Counted from the first letter of the stretch, positions 1-10,860 are shown. The stretch: DNA of 64,000 nucleotides from Armatimonadota bacterium (GCA_046292385.1 JBKBRF010000004.1:160001-224000); one strand, 5' to 3'. Numbers and translations are program-made. Notes: generated from the letters alone by a model not told the origin.

Positions 1-2
1 CA

Positions 3-563
3 GACCGGCGTGTTCATGAGCGCCATGCGCTGCAGGAAGGCGGAGAAGGCCGGCCCCGCCGCCACCACGTGGAGCAGGAGCGCCAGGAGCACGACTCCGA
101 GGCCGGTGGCCGACCGCATCAGCCCGGTCCGCGCGAACGCCGCCTGGAAGTTGAGCCCCCCGGCCTCCTGCTCCGCCTCTCGCTCCAGGTCGTGCAGCAG
201 CGCCGCGGACATTCCCTGGCGCTGCTCCGGGGTGAGGCCGCGGAACTCCACCGCGGAGAGGAGCCGCTCGCGGAGCTGCGGGTACTTCCGTTCGACGAGG
301 ACCGCGATCTCCTCCGGGCTGCGCCGCTGCAGCAGCGGCCGCAGGATCAGGAAGAGGAAGAGGCCGGAGAAGAGGACGCCCAGCACGGCCCACACCGCCA
401 GCCGGACCCGCATGGGGAAGACGAGCCAGCGGTCCAGATGGAAGCAGACGAGGAACGCGGCGAGCAGGACCGCGGTGGTCCACAGGGTTCCTTCGGCGGC
501 CAGGAGCGCGCGCCAGTAACTGCGGGCACGGTCCAGCCTGGCGTTCAGCGCCATCTGGGTCAT
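3..563 (-). CDS. N-terminal part of a membrane-anchored protein (DUF4175-like); runs off the window edge
   Basis: Manual translation from ATG at 563: MTQMALNARLDRARSYWRALL..., two or three TM helices then ERKYPQLRERLLSAVEF; GGAG upstream; open to the window edge; absent from the ORF track. Confidence 0.7.
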   Translation of the reverse strand, partial: MTQMALNARLDRARSYWRALLAAEGTLWTTAVLLAAFLVCFHLDRWLVFPMRVRLAVWAVLGVLFSGLFLFLILRPLLQRRSPEEIAVLVERKYPQLRERLLSAVEFRGLTPEQRQGMSAALLHDLEREAEQEAGGLNFQAAFARTGLMRSATGLGVVLLALLLHVVAAGPAFSAFLQRMALMNTPV

Positions 564-608
564 CGGGGAATACTCCTCCCTCCGCGGCTGGGATGCGGGT
601 TACCCGGT

Positions 609-635
609 TAGACGCGGCCTTCTCCTGAAGGTTTC
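609..635 (-). promoter_or_regulatory. Possible ECF sigma promoter (GAAAC-n16-CGTC)
   Basis: Minus strand reads GAAACcttcaggagaaggccgCGTCTA about 45 bp upstream of the start at 563; the same spacing occurs at 41101. Confidence 0.35.
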
Positions 636-799
636 GGCGGCAGCCGCAAACGCGGCCGCCGGATAGCGGGAGTATAGCGCGGGATGCGCGCGCTGGCAGG
701 GGTGCTGCGCCTTGAACAGGTAGCTCGGCACCTCGACGCGGCCTCACTCCGATCCGAGGGGGTGGGGGAGGCCGCGTGAGAAGCAGTCGTCCGCGCCCG

Positions 800-3211
800 T
801 CAACCACCCCGCCCGACCACCCCATCCCGCTGCGACTTCAGCCAGCCGTCCAGCAGGGCCTGGCAGTTCACCACTTTCTCCACCAGGTCGGCCGGCACGT
901 AGTAGTAGTGGTTTGTCGCCTCGAAGCCGATGCGGGAGTCGCGCTGCTGGATCTGGTAGAGCCGCTTCGCCAGGGCGATCTCGCTCCGCAGCGTCGTCTC
1001 GAGCTGGTCACAGAGCGCGGCGACGCGGGCGGGCTCGCGCTCCGCGGCGAGCGCGTCCCGGTCGCGGACGAAGCGCGCCTGGTTCGCGACGCTGCGGAAA
1101 TGGATCGCGGCCGCCTCGGCGACATCCTGCTCGCGCGCCAGCTCCCGCCGCTGCTCCCGCGACGCCTTGCCGCCGAGCGCCTCGGTTTGCGCGCGGAGAT
1201 CGCGCAGGCCGGCGTCGAAACCGTCCGCCACCCGCTCGAGCTGGCCGATGAAGACGTCGGGCGGGAAGACGCTCCGCCAGCTCGCCAGATCGTCGTACGG
1301 GAAGCCGACCATCGTGGCGCCGTAGCCGGTCCGCTCCGCCCAGAGCGGGTTGGCGGGGCCGGTCTGCAGCGGCGCGTTGTAGACGACCCCGATGTGGTAG
1401 GGAAACTCCCGGAAGGCGGCGCTCCAGGCCCGCCAGGCCCGGACCACGTGCGGCGCGGCCGCCGGGCCGAAGCGCCGCTCCGCCACGCGCGCTATCGCGC
1501 CCTCCGGCGTCAGCTCCTGATGGCGGCCCAGCTCCGAGACGACCTCCAGGTTGGGAGAGGGGTAGCCGCCGAGGGTCCAGCCGAGCATCAGCCCGCGGAC
1601 CCCGCTCCCGCGCAGGTTGGCGGCGTGCTGGGCGACGTTTTCCACGGCGGGAATGTACGGCACGGCGGAGAGCTCCCACGTGTTGCCCGCCTGGATCTTC
1701 GCCATCGTCCCCAGCCCCGCCGCCCGGGCCGCCTGCCAGTGCCGCGTGGCGCGGGGGCCGGGGCCGACCGTGGAGATCGAGTACTCGCCGACCACGCTCT
1801 CCACCCCGCCGCGGCGGATCGGGATGCTCCACTCGCTCACGCTCATCAGCATCGACTGCTTCGGCAGGCGCCGGATCGCCTCTTCCGCCCAGTCGTCCGC
1901 CCAGCCCCAGTCCCACACCAGGAGCCGGGTCTTACTGCGGGCGCGGTCGATCCCCTCCTGGATCAGCGCGTTCGCCTCCGCGGTCACCACCGCCGCGCCG
2001 CGAGGGCCGCACCGGGGGCACTCGGTGCCGCGCCCGTGCGACCAGCAGTGCGTCAGGTTCTCGGAGCCGCTGATGGTGAACAATCCAGCCAGCTCCGGCA
2101 CCGTGCGGCAGATCCGCTCCACGGCGCCGGTCAGGTACGCCCGCACCTCCGGGACGCTGGTGCAGAGGGTGGCGTAGTCGCCCTCCACCACCCCCTTCAG
2201 GTGCGGGCGCGTCTCGAACCAGGAGAGGGGGAGGGCGCGCGGCTCGTTCAGGTAGAGATAGAGGCCGAGGTCGTGCCGCTTCGCCCGCGCGGCGAGGCGC
2301 TTCAGCCCCTGCAGCCGCTCCTCCCAGCGCGCGCTGCGGGTGGGCTCCCACGGGAACGGCGCCAGCTTTTGCAGGAGGCCCTGCAGCCAGACCCCGCCGA
2401 CGCCGGCATCCGCCAGCCGCGCCAGGTAGCCGTCCGGGAATGGATCGGCCTCGCGCTCCAGGAGGGGGTCGCCGTAGAGCGCGAAGTAGGAGTAGCAGTA
2501 GCGCGGCGAGAAGCCCGACGCGCCCGCCTCCACGCGCTCCCGCTTCTCCGGCGGGCGGGAGAGCTCCGTCACGAACTGGAAGAGCGGCTCGCGGATCGTC
2601 CCCGCCCCTTCACCGAACTGCTCCCGGACCACCCGCGCCACCTCCGCCGCGCGGCGGCGCGTCTCCGGGTCCGGCGCGGCGTACCGGAGCGTCTCGCACC
2701 TAGGCTTGCGGCTGCCGAGCTTGACGTAGAGGAAGTCGTCTTCCCGCAGCGTGAACGCCAGCTCCTCCGCGTCCCAGTCGAGGAGCTGCAGGAGCTGCTC
2801 GTACGGCAGCAGGTGCCAGTTCCGCTTGATGACGCTGATGTAGGAGCGCCGCTGCTGGTCCGCCGTGATCCGCGGCGGGCCGGAGAGCCCCAGCTCCCGA
2901 CCCAGCTCCCGGATCTGTGCGGCGGTGGCGCCGACCACCCGCCCCATCCGCTCCGCCGGTACGAGCTGCCAGTTGCGCCAGACGAAGGCGTGCAGGCGGC
3001 TGGGAAAGTGCGGGAACGGCACCGGGGCGGGCGCGTCGCCCACCGGCAGCTCCACGGGGGCGGAAGCCCCCTGCGGCGGCGCCGGCGGCTGCTTGCGCGC
3101 GGCGTCCGCGGGGACGGCGGAGGCGAGCAGGCCGCCCCCCAGGGCGAGGGTGGTCTGCTTCAGGAAGCGGCGGCGCGGGGACTCGGAGCGGGGATCATCT
3201 TCATAGCGCAT
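800..3211 (-). CDS. Tat-exported hypothetical protein, possibly glycoside-hydrolase-like TIM barrel
   Basis: 803 aa; RRRFLK twin-arginine signal; protein-like composition; family not pinned down. Confidence 0.75.
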   Translation of the reverse strand: MRYEDDPRSESPRRRFLKQTTLALGGGLLASAVPADAARKQPPAPPQGASAPVELPVGDAPAPVPFPHFPSRLHAFVWRNWQLVPAERMGRVVGATAAQIRELGRELGLSGPPRITADQQRRSYISVIKRNWHLLPYEQLLQLLDWDAEELAFTLREDDFLYVKLGSRKPRCETLRYAAPDPETRRRAAEVARVVREQFGEGAGTIREPLFQFVTELSRPPEKRERVEAGASGFSPRYCYSYFALYGDPLLEREADPFPDGYLARLADAGVGGVWLQGLLQKLAPFPWEPTRSARWEERLQGLKRLAARAKRHDLGLYLYLNEPRALPLSWFETRPHLKGVVEGDYATLCTSVPEVRAYLTGAVERICRTVPELAGLFTISGSENLTHCWSHGRGTECPRCGPRGAAVVTAEANALIQEGIDRARSKTRLLVWDWGWADDWAEEAIRRLPKQSMLMSVSEWSIPIRRGGVESVVGEYSISTVGPGPRATRHWQAARAAGLGTMAKIQAGNTWELSAVPYIPAVENVAQHAANLRGSGVRGLMLGWTLGGYPSPNLEVVSELGRHQELTPEGAIARVAERRFGPAAAPHVVRAWRAWSAAFREFPYHIGVVYNAPLQTGPANPLWAERTGYGATMVGFPYDDLASWRSVFPPDVFIGQLERVADGFDAGLRDLRAQTEALGGKASREQRRELAREQDVAEAAAIHFRSVANQARFVRDRDALAAEREPARVAALCDQLETTLRSEIALAKRLYQIQQRDSRIGFEATNHYYYVPADLVEKVVNCQALLDGWLKSQRDGVVGRGG

Positions 3212-3264
3212 ACCCCGCAGTTACCACCGCCCGCCGGCACCTCCTCCCCGGCGCAGACCGGCGG

Positions 3265-5235
3265 TTAGCGGACCTCGCCGGAGGAGCGGATCCGCTCGAT
3301 CACCTCGTCCTCGAACTCCTTGCCGGAGTCGACCGCGGCGTTCGGATCGTCACCCAGCGGCAGAAAGAGCTCCTTCGCGGCGGCGGCGAGCGCTTCCGGA
3401 TCGGCGAACACGAGCTCGGCCACCTGCCCGTCGCCCACCAGGGCGACAAAGCGCCGCCGCTCGCCCGCGTCGGCCAGCGCCCGGTTCGCGGCGTCGACCA
3501 CCGCCGTCACGTCGTACCAGTCGCCGAGGTTCTCCGCCTTGAACTTGTAGAGCTTGCCGCCGTGGATGAACTGCACCACGTACGGCGCCTCCTCGTCGTC
3601 ATCGGAGCCGAGCCAGCGCTCGTACGGCGCCTCCGGCTTGAACGCGCCGCCGCTGTGCCTGGCGAAGTCGCGCAGCAGGCGGTCGTGCCGCACCGGGATC
3701 ACGCCCGTCTCCGCGTCGAACGAGGTGAGAAGGCCCGCCGCTTCGAAGGTCGCGCCGAGAAACCGCTTCGCGCCGGTCGGATCGTCCGCTTCCCGCCCCG
3801 CCTGGGAGTACTCGTAGATACCGTCGTCGGTCAGGCGGTCGGCAGGCTCCTGCTTCAGAGCTGCCGCCAGCTTCGCCCGCGCGCGGGCCAGCGCCTTCTC
3901 ATCCAGCACCTTCAGCTCCCCCAGCCGCTGGAGCGCCTTCTCCGCCGTGATCCCGTGCTCCGCCCAGCGCACCGCCGCCCGGTCAGCCGGGTCGAGGCGG
4001 TCCGCCAGCGCGGCGGCGGCGCGGATGGCCGCGTCCCCACCGATCAGCAGCAGCGCCGAAGCGGCGGCGGGAGCGACTCCGTCGCCGTCCTGCGACCGGG
4101 CAGCGGTCTCGCGGAGGACGCGGACCAGCTCCGCGTCGCCGCTCCCGCGGCCCGCAGTGCCGAGCGTCGAGATGGCGGCACTCCGCAGCTCCGGGATCGA
4201 GAGGAGGGAGAGCGCCAGCGCGCGCCCGCGGGGCGGGTCTCGCCGCGCCAGCGCCTCCAGGGCCCGGGCGCGAAGGGGGTCCGGCGTCGTGGACGCGCGC
4301 GCCAGGCGCTCCAGCAGCTCCGCGGCCTTCGCGCCGCCGTGCTCCGCCACCGCCTCGAGGGCGGACGCCTCCCCGCCGCTCGTCCCGCCTCCCAGCCCGT
4401 CGTCCCGGCGGCGAGTCAGCGCCTGCGCACACGCCTCTACGGCTGCGGCGGAGACCGCGGGGGACTTCGCCGCGGCCGCCTCCGCCAGGCCGGTCAGATA
4501 CCAGTAGCTCTCCTGCTGGTCGGTGGACCGGAGCCGCGCCGCGCTGAGCCGAATCAGCTCTTCGGACGGCGCCGCCTGCGACAGCCAGAAGGCGGCGCGC
4601 CCACCGGTCTCATCCCCTTTGCGGATCAGCTCCAGCAGCCTCCGATTCATCGCCGGACTCGCCAGCCGCCCCGCCGCCTCCACCGCCACCCGGCGGAGCT
4701 CCCGGTCCCGCGAATCGAGGGAGCGGAGCACCACCCCCTCCAATCCCGGCAGCTTCGCGCGGTCCGCCGGGCCGAGCTCCGCCGCGGCGCCCAGCACTGC
4801 GAACGACTCACCAGGGACGGTGAGTGCCTTCCGCGCGGCGTCGATGCCCGCCGGGTCGCCCAGCCGCAGCAGCATGAACGCCGCCGCCGTCCGCTGGGAG
4901 TTACGGCTCCCCGCCGGCCCTTCGAGCTGTTTCCGCAGCACCGGGACCACCCCCGCCCGCCGCTTTCGGAGCGCCGCGAACGACTCCGCGTCGACGTCCG
5001 CCATCATGATCAGCGTGTCGAGCTCCTCTGCGCGGTCCTCCCGCTGCCGCCGCGCCCCCAGCTCCCGCGCCCGCCGGAGCGCCGCCGGATCGGCCGACAC
5101 CTCGATGCGGGTGGCAGCCGCTGCGGCGCGCACCACGTCCCCCGCCGCAGCCGGAGGCCCGCTCACCGCCCCGCAGCCCAGGAGCGAAAACCCCAACGGC
5201 ACAGCCCAAACCCAGCGGTAGCTCATCTCACGCAC
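3265..5235 (-). CDS. HEAT/ARM-repeat lipoprotein
   Basis: Lipobox LLGC; Ala/Leu-rich helical repeats (LRRVAVEAAGRL, LRARALEALAR); separate C-terminal alpha/beta domain. Confidence 0.7.
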   Translation of the reverse strand: MREMSYRWVWAVPLGFSLLGCGAVSGPPAAAGDVVRAAAAATRIEVSADPAALRRARELGARRQREDRAEELDTLIMMADVDAESFAALRKRRAGVVPVLRKQLEGPAGSRNSQRTAAAFMLLRLGDPAGIDAARKALTVPGESFAVLGAAAELGPADRAKLPGLEGVVLRSLDSRDRELRRVAVEAAGRLASPAMNRRLLELIRKGDETGGRAAFWLSQAAPSEELIRLSAARLRSTDQQESYWYLTGLAEAAAAKSPAVSAAAVEACAQALTRRRDDGLGGGTSGGEASALEAVAEHGGAKAAELLERLARASTTPDPLRARALEALARRDPPRGRALALSLLSIPELRSAAISTLGTAGRGSGDAELVRVLRETAARSQDGDGVAPAAASALLLIGGDAAIRAAAALADRLDPADRAAVRWAEHGITAEKALQRLGELKVLDEKALARARAKLAAALKQEPADRLTDDGIYEYSQAGREADDPTGAKRFLGATFEAAGLLTSFDAETGVIPVRHDRLLRDFARHSGGAFKPEAPYERWLGSDDDEEAPYVVQFIHGGKLYKFKAENLGDWYDVTAVVDAANRALADAGERRRFVALVGDGQVAELVFADPEALAAAAKELFLPLGDDPNAAVDSGKEFEDEVIERIRSSGEVR

Positions 5236-5358
5236 CCTCGAGCACGAAGCTCACCAAGAAACGCCAGGGAGTGATGCCTTACTTTCCAGGTCCGCCAGCA
5301 GACGCCCAAAAACCCTCAACCGCCTGCCAACCCGGCAACCGATCCACAGCCAAACCGC

Positions 5359-5640
5359 GGCGTCTGCAGGCCCAGCCGCAGGCTGGGCTGGAGGAGGCCA
5401 CCTGTGACCGCCCCTGGGCGCAGGGGCGGTAGCTCGACGGCGGTCGATTCAGCCCGTGATCCGCACTCCTGATGAAATCCGTCGCGGTGGCGCGGGAAGA
5501 GCCTTTCGGAGCGCACTCCCGGAGCAGCCCGCTAACGGAGCGAAGCGGAGTGTGAAAGGGCCGCGGAGGGCTTTCGCCGCGGGAGGGCTGAAGCGGCCGA
5601 CTAGGGCTCGGGGTCGGGCTTTCGGTACGGACGCTGCCTC
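5359..5640 (+). repeat. Structured intergenic element, copy A
   Basis: Shares TGTGAC hairpin, GATTCAGCCCGTGA, GGCGCGGGAAGAG, AAAGGGCCGCGGAGGGC and CGCGGGAGGGCTGAA blocks with the copies at 10587, 25386 and (more diverged) 45528. Confidence 0.85.
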
Positions 5641-5712
5641 TCGACCGCAGCCTGAGATCAACCCCACGTAGCCGACGCTGCCATCCGCCACGAGAGGTGA
5701 AACACTCGGTCC

Positions 5713-6963
5713 TCAGTCCCCCCGCATCACCCAATCCACTCCAAACCGCGCATGCCGGATCGCCTCCCGCAAGGGCCTCCCTTCCACGTCTTTCTGCGCC
5801 GCACGCTCCGGCAGGCTGTAAGTGTAGGTGGCATGGAGCGCGCCGTCCTTCGCCTCGATGATGGAGGGGTAGTGGAACCCGGTGCCGTCCGGCACGTCCC
5901 GCTCCAGGTGCCGGTTCCAGCGCCACGTCTTGCCGTCGTCGTCGGAGATCGAGACGAGCAGCGAGTGCCGCCCGCGCTCGGTGTCGTTGTTGATCAGGAC
6001 CCAGCGGCCGTCGCGCAGGGTGACGACGTCGACTCCGGAGCCGGGGTTCAGGATCTCGGAGTCGCGGACGGTCGACCAGGTCAGGCCGCCGTCCCGCGAC
6101 TCGCTGTAGAGGAGGCGCTGCGGCGGGCCGCCGTTATCCCGCATGAAGGCGGCGAGGGTGCCGTCCCGCTTCCGAGCGAGGGCGGGCTGCACCGGGCCGT
6201 CGCCGACCAGCGGCGTGCTGGTGGTCCAGGTCTCGCCCCAGTCATCGGTGATCGCCATCAGGGAGAAGTCGAAGCCGTCCGAGTAGAGCGGCAGGATCAT
6301 CCGGCGGCCGTCCAGGATATACGGGTGGACGCGGGGCATCCAGCCGAGGCGGTTGAAGTACCTGTCCGCGGCGTTGGCCCGGCGGCGCTCCAGATACTCC
6401 CGCACCGCCGGCCGCTGCGCCTCCGGGAAGGTGTCGACCCGGCGGAGGTCGCGCTCCACCGCTTCCTGTACGATTTGCGTGAACTCCGGCCCCGGCTTCA
6501 GGTGGACCACCCGCTCCTCCGCCCAGACCGGCGCGGCGCCGCGCCGCTGGTAATTGCGGGAGATGCGGCACTTGAGCAGCGCGGTGTGCCACTCGTTCGC
6601 CTGGATCACCGGCCAGAAAAGCCAGAGCCGCTCCTGCGGGTCGATGATCATGCAGGGGTTGCAGTCCGGAAAGCCGGGAACGTCCGCCATCAGGAACGGC
6701 TCGCTCCAGGCGGTGTCCCGCGGCCGCTTGCGGGCGCCCATGATGCGCACGTCATCCGCCCGCCGCTCGCCGGAGCCGAGGTACCAGCACGCCAGGAGGT
6801 CGCCGTTCGGGCACTGCACCACGCAGCTCCCGTGGCTGTGGAGGTGTCCGAGCGGAAAGATCAGCTCCGACCGCACCGGCGGCGGACTCCCCGCACACGC
6901 CGCCGAAGCCGCCCCCGCGGCGATCCCGCCACCCACCCCCATTAGGAACTCGCGCCGGTCCAT
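5713..6963 (-). CDS. Tat-exported sialidase-family (BNR/Asp-box) protein
   Basis: MDRREFL signal; Asp boxes TDDWGETW, SRDGGLTW, SDDDGKTW; YPS motif. Confidence 0.85.
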   Translation of the reverse strand: MDRREFLMGVGGGIAAGAASAACAGSPPPVRSELIFPLGHLHSHGSCVVQCPNGDLLACWYLGSGERRADDVRIMGARKRPRDTAWSEPFLMADVPGFPDCNPCMIIDPQERLWLFWPVIQANEWHTALLKCRISRNYQRRGAAPVWAEERVVHLKPGPEFTQIVQEAVERDLRRVDTFPEAQRPAVREYLERRRANAADRYFNRLGWMPRVHPYILDGRRMILPLYSDGFDFSLMAITDDWGETWTTSTPLVGDGPVQPALARKRDGTLAAFMRDNGGPPQRLLYSESRDGGLTWSTVRDSEILNPGSGVDVVTLRDGRWVLINNDTERGRHSLLVSISDDDGKTWRWNRHLERDVPDGTGFHYPSIIEAKDGALHATYTYSLPERAAQKDVEGRPLREAIRHARFGVDWVMRGD

Positions 6964-7130
6964 GCTCGCTCTCCCGTTTCGCTCTTTGCCTGACAGGGAG
7001 GCGGTTCGCCGCAGGGACCACGCTTCCATCCACGGAACTGGGCTCCATCGGACGCCCCGCCGGCGGAAGCGCTGAATGCCGCTTCAAACTCAGCCGCGTG
7101 CGCCATGTCCCTGATGGATAGAGGCTGCGG

Positions 7131-7649
7131 ATGATGGACTGGACCTCACTCTCCCTCGAATCAGCGAAGCCGGCACTCGCGTGGATGCAGGAGCCGGAAT
7201 CGCTCTTCCGGAAACCGGAGTACCGGAAGCGTCCGGGCGACGCCTGGATCGGACCGTTCTTCCGAGCGCTGGACGAGGGCCTAACCGAGCTGTGCGCGCA
7301 GGGACAGCAAGCCTTTGACCGCAGCGCCGTGACGATCGTCCAGCAGCTTCAGGTCGAGCTTGCCGAGCACGCGCGCCAGTACAACGTCACTGGGTTCTCC
7401 GCCTCGATCGAGGCAGGGCTCAGCGGCGACCACTGGTTCCTTCTGAATCACCGCTCATGGATCGAAGCCTACCTCCGCGCGCCGCGGCTCATCGAGCGAG
7501 TGATTGAGTATCCTCCGGAGGTGCTGGCGCGGATCGAAGCTGAGGACACGCTCCTGAGGTCGGTTGGCTCCCGCCTCCAGGAACTGCAACCGGAGTCACC
7601 AAGCGGGCGTGAGCCGCCGCATCACTGGTGGTGGCACGGAGAGGGGTAG
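7131..7649 (+). CDS. Hypothetical protein
   Basis: 172-aa ORF with GAGG upstream; ends PPHHWWWHG; no family recognised. Confidence 0.6.
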   Translation: MMDWTSLSLESAKPALAWMQEPESLFRKPEYRKRPGDAWIGPFFRALDEGLTELCAQGQQAFDRSAVTIVQQLQVELAEHARQYNVTGFSASIEAGLSGDHWFLLNHRSWIEAYLRAPRLIERVIEYPPEVLARIEAEDTLLRSVGSRLQELQPESPSGREPPHHWWWHGEG

Positions 7650-7688
7650 GGTGCGGTTTTTCTGGAACCGGCAATGAGAGGGAAGAGG

Positions 7689-8810
7689 ATGCGACGACGC
7701 GAGTTTCTTTCGTGGAGCGGCGGACTGGCGGCGGGACTGCTGGCGGTCCGCTCCGAGGCGGCGCAGGCGCGGCCGGAGGTGGATGGCGGGCTGGCGTGGT
7801 ACGACGTGCAGCAGTGGGGGGTAGAGGGCAAGGGCTGGCGGGAGACGGCGCGGTACTTCGACCGCCTCCCGTCACGCGCCGAGGGCGTGGTACGGGATCC
7901 GGTCTGGAGCCTGAGCCGCCACTCCGCGGGCATGCTGGTTCGGTTCGAGACCGACGCGCCCGCGATCCACGCGCGCTACTCCCTCCTCTCCGCCAACCTG
8001 GCGATGCCGCACATGCCGGCGACCGGCGTGAGCGGGCTCGACCTCTACGCGCGGGCCGAGGAGGGCCGCGACCGCTGGCTCGCCGTGGCACAGCCGCGGG
8101 ACCGGGAGGTGGAGGTGCGGCTGGCGCAGGGGATCGACCCCACTCCGGAGGGCCGGCCCCGGCTCTACACCATCTACCTGCCGCTCTACAACGGCACGGA
8201 GACGCTCAAGATCGGGGTCGATCCGCAGGCCCGCTTCCGACCGGTGCCGCCGCGGGAGGAGCGGCCGATCGTCTTCTACGGCACGTCGATCATGCACGGC
8301 GCCTGCGCGTCGCGGCCCGGGATGTCGATCTCCGCCATTCTCGGGCGGCGGCTGGAGCGCCCGACGATCAACCTTGGCTTCTCCGGAAATGGGAAGATGG
8401 AGGCGGAGGTCGGCGCGCTGCTGGCGGAGCTCGACCCGGCCGTCTACGCGATCGACTGCCTCCCGAACATGTCGCCGGAGGAGGTCGCCGCCCGCACGGA
8501 GCCGCTGGTGCGGCAGCTCCGGAAGGCACGGCCACAGACGCCGATCCTGCTGGTGGAAGACCGGACGTTCACCCAGGCGCGGTTCCACCGGAACGTCCGG
8601 GAGCAGCACGCGCAGCGGCGCGCCGCCCTGCGGGAGAGCTACGAGCGGTTGGTGAAAGACGGCGTGCGCCGGCTCGGCTATCTCCGCGGAGAGGAGCTGC
8701 TGGGCGATGACGGCGAAGCGGCGACCGACGGCTCCCATCCGAACGACCTGGGGATGGTGCGCTACGCGGACGCCTACGAGCGGCCGCTGCGGCGACTGCT
8801 CCGGAGCTGA
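7689..8810 (+). CDS. Tat-exported SGNH/GDSL hydrolase with N-terminal GxDLY domain
   Basis: MRRREFL signal; GLDLY; YGTSIMHG block I; NLGFSG; DGSHP catalytic motif. Confidence 0.9.
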   Translation: MRRREFLSWSGGLAAGLLAVRSEAAQARPEVDGGLAWYDVQQWGVEGKGWRETARYFDRLPSRAEGVVRDPVWSLSRHSAGMLVRFETDAPAIHARYSLLSANLAMPHMPATGVSGLDLYARAEEGRDRWLAVAQPRDREVEVRLAQGIDPTPEGRPRLYTIYLPLYNGTETLKIGVDPQARFRPVPPREERPIVFYGTSIMHGACASRPGMSISAILGRRLERPTINLGFSGNGKMEAEVGALLAELDPAVYAIDCLPNMSPEEVAARTEPLVRQLRKARPQTPILLVEDRTFTQARFHRNVREQHAQRRAALRESYERLVKDGVRRLGYLRGEELLGDDGEAATDGSHPNDLGMVRYADAYERPLRRLLRS

Positions 8811-8823
8811 GCGCGGACGCGGC

Positions 8824-10242
8824 TCACACCCGCTCCAACTCGGTCCAGTGGCTCAGGGCGCTGTCCAGCTTCACGCCGGGCGGCGACTTCACCACCAGCG
8901 CGCCGTTCAGCACGTCGCCGCGGTGGTGCAGGTCGAGGTGGAGGTGGTACGGCCGCCGGTTGGCATCCTCGGTGCCGATGTCGCCCGCGAAGCAGCCGGT
9001 GAGCCAGCCGTCTCGCAGCACCGGCTCGCTCACCAGGGTCGTAAGCTGGCTGCCCAGGCGCACGTGCACGTCGCTGTCCGGGTGGAACGCCAGCGCGAGT
9101 GGCAGCTCGGCCTCGCCGGTGGCGACCGTCCCCCGCCACTCGCCGCGGAGTGTGGGGTAGGGACGCGGCTCGCCGTCGGCCTCCGCAGGCGACGGCTTGC
9201 GGCGCGCCTGCTCCGCGATCCGGGGGACCAGCAGCGCCACCACTTCCCGCGCGACGTCGAACGGAAGGCTGGAGGCGGCGTTGCAGAGGGCGACCACCGC
9301 CAGCCGCTCGGCCGGAACCAGCAGCAGGATCGTGTTCACGCCGTCCATCCCACCGGTATGACTCACGCTCCGCGCGCCTTCCCATTCGTCGCTGATCCGC
9401 CAGCCGACGCCGTAGCCGACCGTCTCGGTGCAGGTGGCGGTCGGCTTCTGCATCTCCTCGATCCCGGCGTGGGTCAGGATCGGCTTCTGGTCCGGCAGCC
9501 CCGCCTGGAGATGGAACATGCCGAAGCGGAGGAGGTCGCGCGCGCTGCAGAAGACGGCGGAGGCCCCGGGGTGATCGAAGTCGTAGAACGGCAGCCGCAG
9601 CCCATCCGGCGCGTAGCGGGCCGCGGCGTACGGCTCCAGCCCGGGGCCGACGCCGACCGAGGCGCGGGTCATTCCGAGCAGTAGGAAGACCTCGCGGCGC
9701 ATGAACTCCGCGAAGCTCTGTCCGGAGACGTGGGAAATCACCTCGTCCAGCACGCCGTAGCCGAGGTTGGAGTACTGATAGCGCTCGCCCGGCGCGGTGA
9801 CCAGGTTCCCGTAGCGGCGCAGCGTCTCGCGGAAGGGTGGACGCCGGCGCGGCTCGTCCTCCGGAAAGAAGTGCCAGTGGAGCGGCAGGCCGGAGGTGTG
9901 GTTCGCCACCCGGCGCAGCGTCGCGTCGTCCGCGTCTCCCACCCGCGCGGTGAGGCGGGCGTCCCCCAGGTAGTCGTGCGCCGGCCGGTCCAGGTCCAGC
10001 TCGCCTCGCTCGTGCAGCACCATCAGCCCGGTCGCCGTGATCGGCTTGGAGATGGAGGCGAGGGAATAGAGCGTGTCCGGCGTGGCGGGAATCCGCGCCT
10101 CGCGGTCCGCCCAGCCGAACGCCTCCTCCCAGAGCGGCTCCCCGTGCTGGGCCACCGCTACGGCGAGCGACGGCAGCGATTCCTCACTCAGGCGGGCGCG
10201 GATCTCTCCGCGAAGGGCGTGGAACAGGTCGGCGCGGCTCAT
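8824..10242 (-). CDS. Serine hydrolase, beta-lactamase class C-like family
   Basis: SISK (SxxK), YSN and HTGG motifs; HTSGL. Confidence 0.9.
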   Translation of the reverse strand: MSRADLFHALRGEIRARLSEESLPSLAVAVAQHGEPLWEEAFGWADREARIPATPDTLYSLASISKPITATGLMVLHERGELDLDRPAHDYLGDARLTARVGDADDATLRRVANHTSGLPLHWHFFPEDEPRRRPPFRETLRRYGNLVTAPGERYQYSNLGYGVLDEVISHVSGQSFAEFMRREVFLLLGMTRASVGVGPGLEPYAAARYAPDGLRLPFYDFDHPGASAVFCSARDLLRFGMFHLQAGLPDQKPILTHAGIEEMQKPTATCTETVGYGVGWRISDEWEGARSVSHTGGMDGVNTILLLVPAERLAVVALCNAASSLPFDVAREVVALLVPRIAEQARRKPSPAEADGEPRPYPTLRGEWRGTVATGEAELPLALAFHPDSDVHVRLGSQLTTLVSEPVLRDGWLTGCFAGDIGTEDANRRPYHLHLDLHHRGDVLNGALVVKSPPGVKLDSALSHWTELERV

Positions 10243-10586
10243 GCGGCTCCTTCCGGGCAACAGCCAGCCGCCGCCCGGCAATCCGGCGGCGGCCACAATC
10301 CGGGTTCCACGTTGGCGGGAGGGGGGAGAACTTCCTGTCTTGCTTGTTCGGCGCGAGGGTCTTCCTCGCCCCGGAGCGAGGTGTCCCCCAATCGTACGCT
10401 GGATTCATCTCCCCGAGGAAGCCACCCCGTGCCCTTGCCGGATACTGTTGGCGAGATCTGGAAGCCGCTCCGAACGCACCGCTGGCGCGGGACGCGAAAG
10501 CAAGCATTCGCACTCCACATGCCGGACCGGAAGGGATTCCCTCGCGCCCGAAGGGAGACTGCCTCGGTGCAGTCGGCGGAGTCCGG

Positions 10587-10860
10587 GGCGTCCGGAGGAG
10601 CAGCCGGAGGCTGCGCCGGAGGATGGCATTTGTGACCACCCCTTGGCCAAGGGGTGGTTGCTCGAAGGGTCGGGATTCAGCCCGTGAACCAGGCTGCTGT
10701 AACGGTAGTGCGCACTGGCGCGGGAAGAGTGAATGGGAGCGCACTCCCGGAGCGGCCTGCTAGCGCCGGAGGCGCGTTAAAGGGCCGCGGAGGGCAATGT
10801 CGCGGGAGGGCTGAATCCCGACACAAGGGCACGGGGTTGACCTCGCGAAATCGACGCTGC
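10587..10860 (+). repeat. Structured intergenic element, copy B
   Basis: Same blocks as copy A; long-range pair TCGGGATTCAGCCC / GGGCTGAATCCCGA. Confidence 0.85.

Noticed and set aside
776..5274. Long plus-strand ORFs (830 aa, 785 aa) and similar shadows elsewhere, such as 16952-19600, 41748-44270 and 60639-62480
   Set aside because: Antisense shadows of real genes in high-GC DNA; Arg/Pro/Ala-rich with no motifs
10695..10735. CTGTAAC...CACTG...GGGAAG looks like part of a cobalamin riboswitch
   Set aside because: The upstream core is missing, it is antisense to the flanking genes, and the other copies of the element lack the motif
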